Assembly: GCA_002336855.1 (NCBI GenBank)
Contig: DDEV01000116.1
Coordinates: 1,039-65,038, forward strand
Direction: 5' to 3'
Length of the DNA: 64,000 nt
DNA from: Leucobacter sp. UBA1945
GTDB taxonomy: Bacteria; Actinomycetota; Actinomycetes; Actinomycetales; Microbacteriaceae
Shown: in pieces, positions 62,195-64,000 of the stretch
How the letters are laid out: every line of letters begins with the position of its first letter
How positions within the stretch are numbered: position 1 is the first letter of the stretch
Translations under genes and position numbers: made by a program
The notes under the pieces: model-generated
The model's database searches: none
What the model was told of the DNA's origin: nothing
Seen by the model: only the letters and a program-made list of their open reading frames with translations

Positions 62195-64000
62195 CTAGTT
62201 CTCTTGGCCGATCCTCTGCCCGACTACCGCCGAGATGCCGTCTTGTCGCATCGAGACCCCGTAGAGCGCATCGGCGATCTCCATGGTGCGCTTCTGGTGC
62301 GTGATGATGATGAGCTGGGAGTTTTCGCGCAGCGTCTCGAACACCTGCAGCAGGCGCCCGAGGTTCGCGTCGTCGAGCGCCGCCTCGACCTCGTCGACGA
62401 TGTAGAACGGACTCGGCCGGGCCTGGAAGATAGCCATGAGCCACGCGACTGCCGCGAGCGAGCGCTCGCCTCCCGACAGCAGCGACATGCGTTCGACCTT
62501 CTTGCCCGCGGGCTTCACTACGATGTCGATGCCAGTGTTCAGCATGTCGTCGGGGTTCGTGAGCTCAACATGCCCGGAGCCACCGGGGAAGAGGATCGGA
62601 AACACCTCTGCGAACGCGGCCTGCGTGTCGGCGAACGCCTCGGCGAAGATACCCTGCATCTTCTCATCGAGGTCGGCGATGATGGTGAGCAGGTCGGCGC
62701 GCGTCTTCGTGAGGTCTTGCAGCTGCTCCGCGAGGAAGCTGTGGCGCTGCTCGAGCGCGGCGAATTCTTCGAGCGCAAGCGGGTTGATGCGGCCGAGTTC
62801 TGCGAGCCGCTTCTCGGCTTTGGCGAGGCGCTGCTGCTGTTCGGCGCGCACGAAGGGACGAAATTGCGTGGAGTCGGACGCATCGCGTTCGACCGCGTTT
62901 TGTTCCGGTGTCTCTGCGCCAGCACCGGTCTCGGCCTCCCCCGTCTCTTCGATAAGCCCGAGCTCTGCGGCAAGCTGGGCCTCGAGGTCGCCGAGGGGTT
63001 CTGCTACGGGCTTCGGCTGCTCGGCGACGGCCGGTTCTGCGCCGGGCACCGGCACGCCGCGGTGCGGCCCGTATTCGTCGATGAGCACCTCTTCGACGAG
63101 CCCGAGCTCGTTGCCGGCGCGCTCAAGCAGCGTCGAAAGCTGCAGCTTGCGCTCATAGCTTTTCAGCTCGGCGCCGTGCACGCGATCGGTGAGCGACTGC
63201 AGGCGGCCGCGCAGATCGGACTCCTCCGAGCGCAGCAGCGTGAGCTCTTGGCTGTGCCTTGCGCGCTCCTGTTCTGCACTCTGCTGCGCCACGCGCGCCT
63301 CAGACAGCGAACGATCGCATGATTCGAGGATCGCCGGTAGCTGACCCGCGACCCGTTCGGCGCGAGCTACCTGTCTGGCGCGCAACACCGCACGGCGCGC
63401 GGCCTCTTCTGCGGCGCGATGCTCGGCCTCGAGCTGTTCGGCGAGCATGCGATGCGTGGCACCGGCAGCTCGGGCGCGCTCGCGAGCGGTCTCGAGCTCA
63501 AGGCGGCGCTCGACCTCTGCCGCACGCGCGCGCTCGAGTTCGACAAAGAGCTCATCACGTTGGCTTGCGTCGAGAATCGGTCGCGGCCGAGCCTCGGCCT
63601 CTGCAAATACGCGCGCTGCGCGCTCGGCTTCTTCAGCAGCCTCGGTTTCGCCGCCGGCCACTTCGGTGAGTGCTTGCCTTGCGCGCTCGGCCTCGGCCTG
63701 ACCCGCCTCGGCTCGAACGGTGAGTCGGTTGCGCTGCTCGGCGACCTCGGCGATACGTGCGTCTGCGGCGCGCAGCTCGGCGAAGGACTGTTCGGTCGCG
63801 AGCTTCGCGCGCGAGGCCCGCTCACGCAGCTCGGCGAGCTCGGCCGTCGCCTCTTCAATCTCTGCGGCAAGCGCTTCTCGGCGCTGCTCGGCGCCGGCGA
63901 GCTCTGCCCCGAGCTCGATGCGCGAGGGGGCGAGACCCGAGCCGCCTGTCAGCGTGTGCTGAGTGAGCACGTCGCCCGAAGTGGTCACGATCGTGAAGCT
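62195..64000 (-). CDS. smc: Chromosome segregation protein SMC, C-terminal part (5' truncated by window)
   Basis: Long coiled coil, G.INPLA, LSGGERSL, DEVEAALDD, ITHQ. Confidence 0.96.
   Translation of the reverse strand, partial: SFTIVTTSGDVLTQHTLTGGSGLAPSRIELGAELAGAEQRREALAAEIEEATAELAELRERASRAKLATEQSFAELRAADARIAEVAEQRNRLTVRAEAGQAEAERARQALTEVAGGETEAAEEAERAARVFAEAEARPRPILDASQRDELFVELERARAAEVERRLELETARERARAAGATHRMLAEQLEAEHRAAEEAARRAVLRARQVARAERVAGQLPAILESCDRSLSEARVAQQSAEQERARHSQELTLLRSEESDLRGRLQSLTDRVHGAELKSYERKLQLSTLLERAGNELGLVEEVLIDEYGPHRGVPVPGAEPAVAEQPKPVAEPLGDLEAQLAAELGLIEETGEAETGAGAETPEQNAVERDASDSTQFRPFVRAEQQQRLAKAEKRLAELGRINPLALEEFAALEQRHSFLAEQLQDLTKTRADLLTIIADLDEKMQGIFAEAFADTQAAFAEVFPILFPGGSGHVELTNPDDMLNTGIDIVVKPAGKKVERMSLLSGGERSLAAVAWLMAIFQARPSPFYIVDEVEAALDDANLGRLLQVFETLRENSQLIIITHQKRTMEIADALYGVSMRQDGISAVVGQRIGQEN

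Noticed and set aside
62880-63060. Acidic Pro/Glu-rich insert in the SMC coiled coil as an intein or novel domain
   Set aside because: No intein terminal motifs; low-complexity inserts at this position are common in actinobacterial SMC.

Overview
High-GC actinobacterial chromosome segment. Gene content and protein signatures look like Microbacteriaceae, possibly Leucobacter (inference). It starts at the 5' end, leader and promoters of a minus-strand rRNA operon and ends inside smc. The housekeeping backbone is tgt, gltX, rlmN, FAH-ilvE-leuB, tRNA-Leu(UAG), rdgB-rph-murI, rnhB-lepB-rplS, trmD-rimM-khpA-rpsP, ffh, ftsY and smc. Accessory modules are a lipoprotein/DUF4190/OmpR two-component operon, a queuosine-precursor salvage cluster, a GAF regulator-aldehyde dehydrogenase-DUF779 unit, a heterodimeric ABC exporter, a kinase-M23-like-aminotransferase fusion, a peptide ABC importer with two proline peptidases opposite a YbdK ligase, a Liv-type importer split by an ArsR-DUF2071 pair, and a NarL two-component system with an ABC exporter. 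I saw no IS, integrase, prophage or CRISPR. The best leads are non-coding or small: an unannotated 20-codon leader ORF before the ABC exporter, a pseudoknot-like rplS leader, and 11-bp-phased operator arrays. All family assignments come from motif recognition by eye, not database searches.
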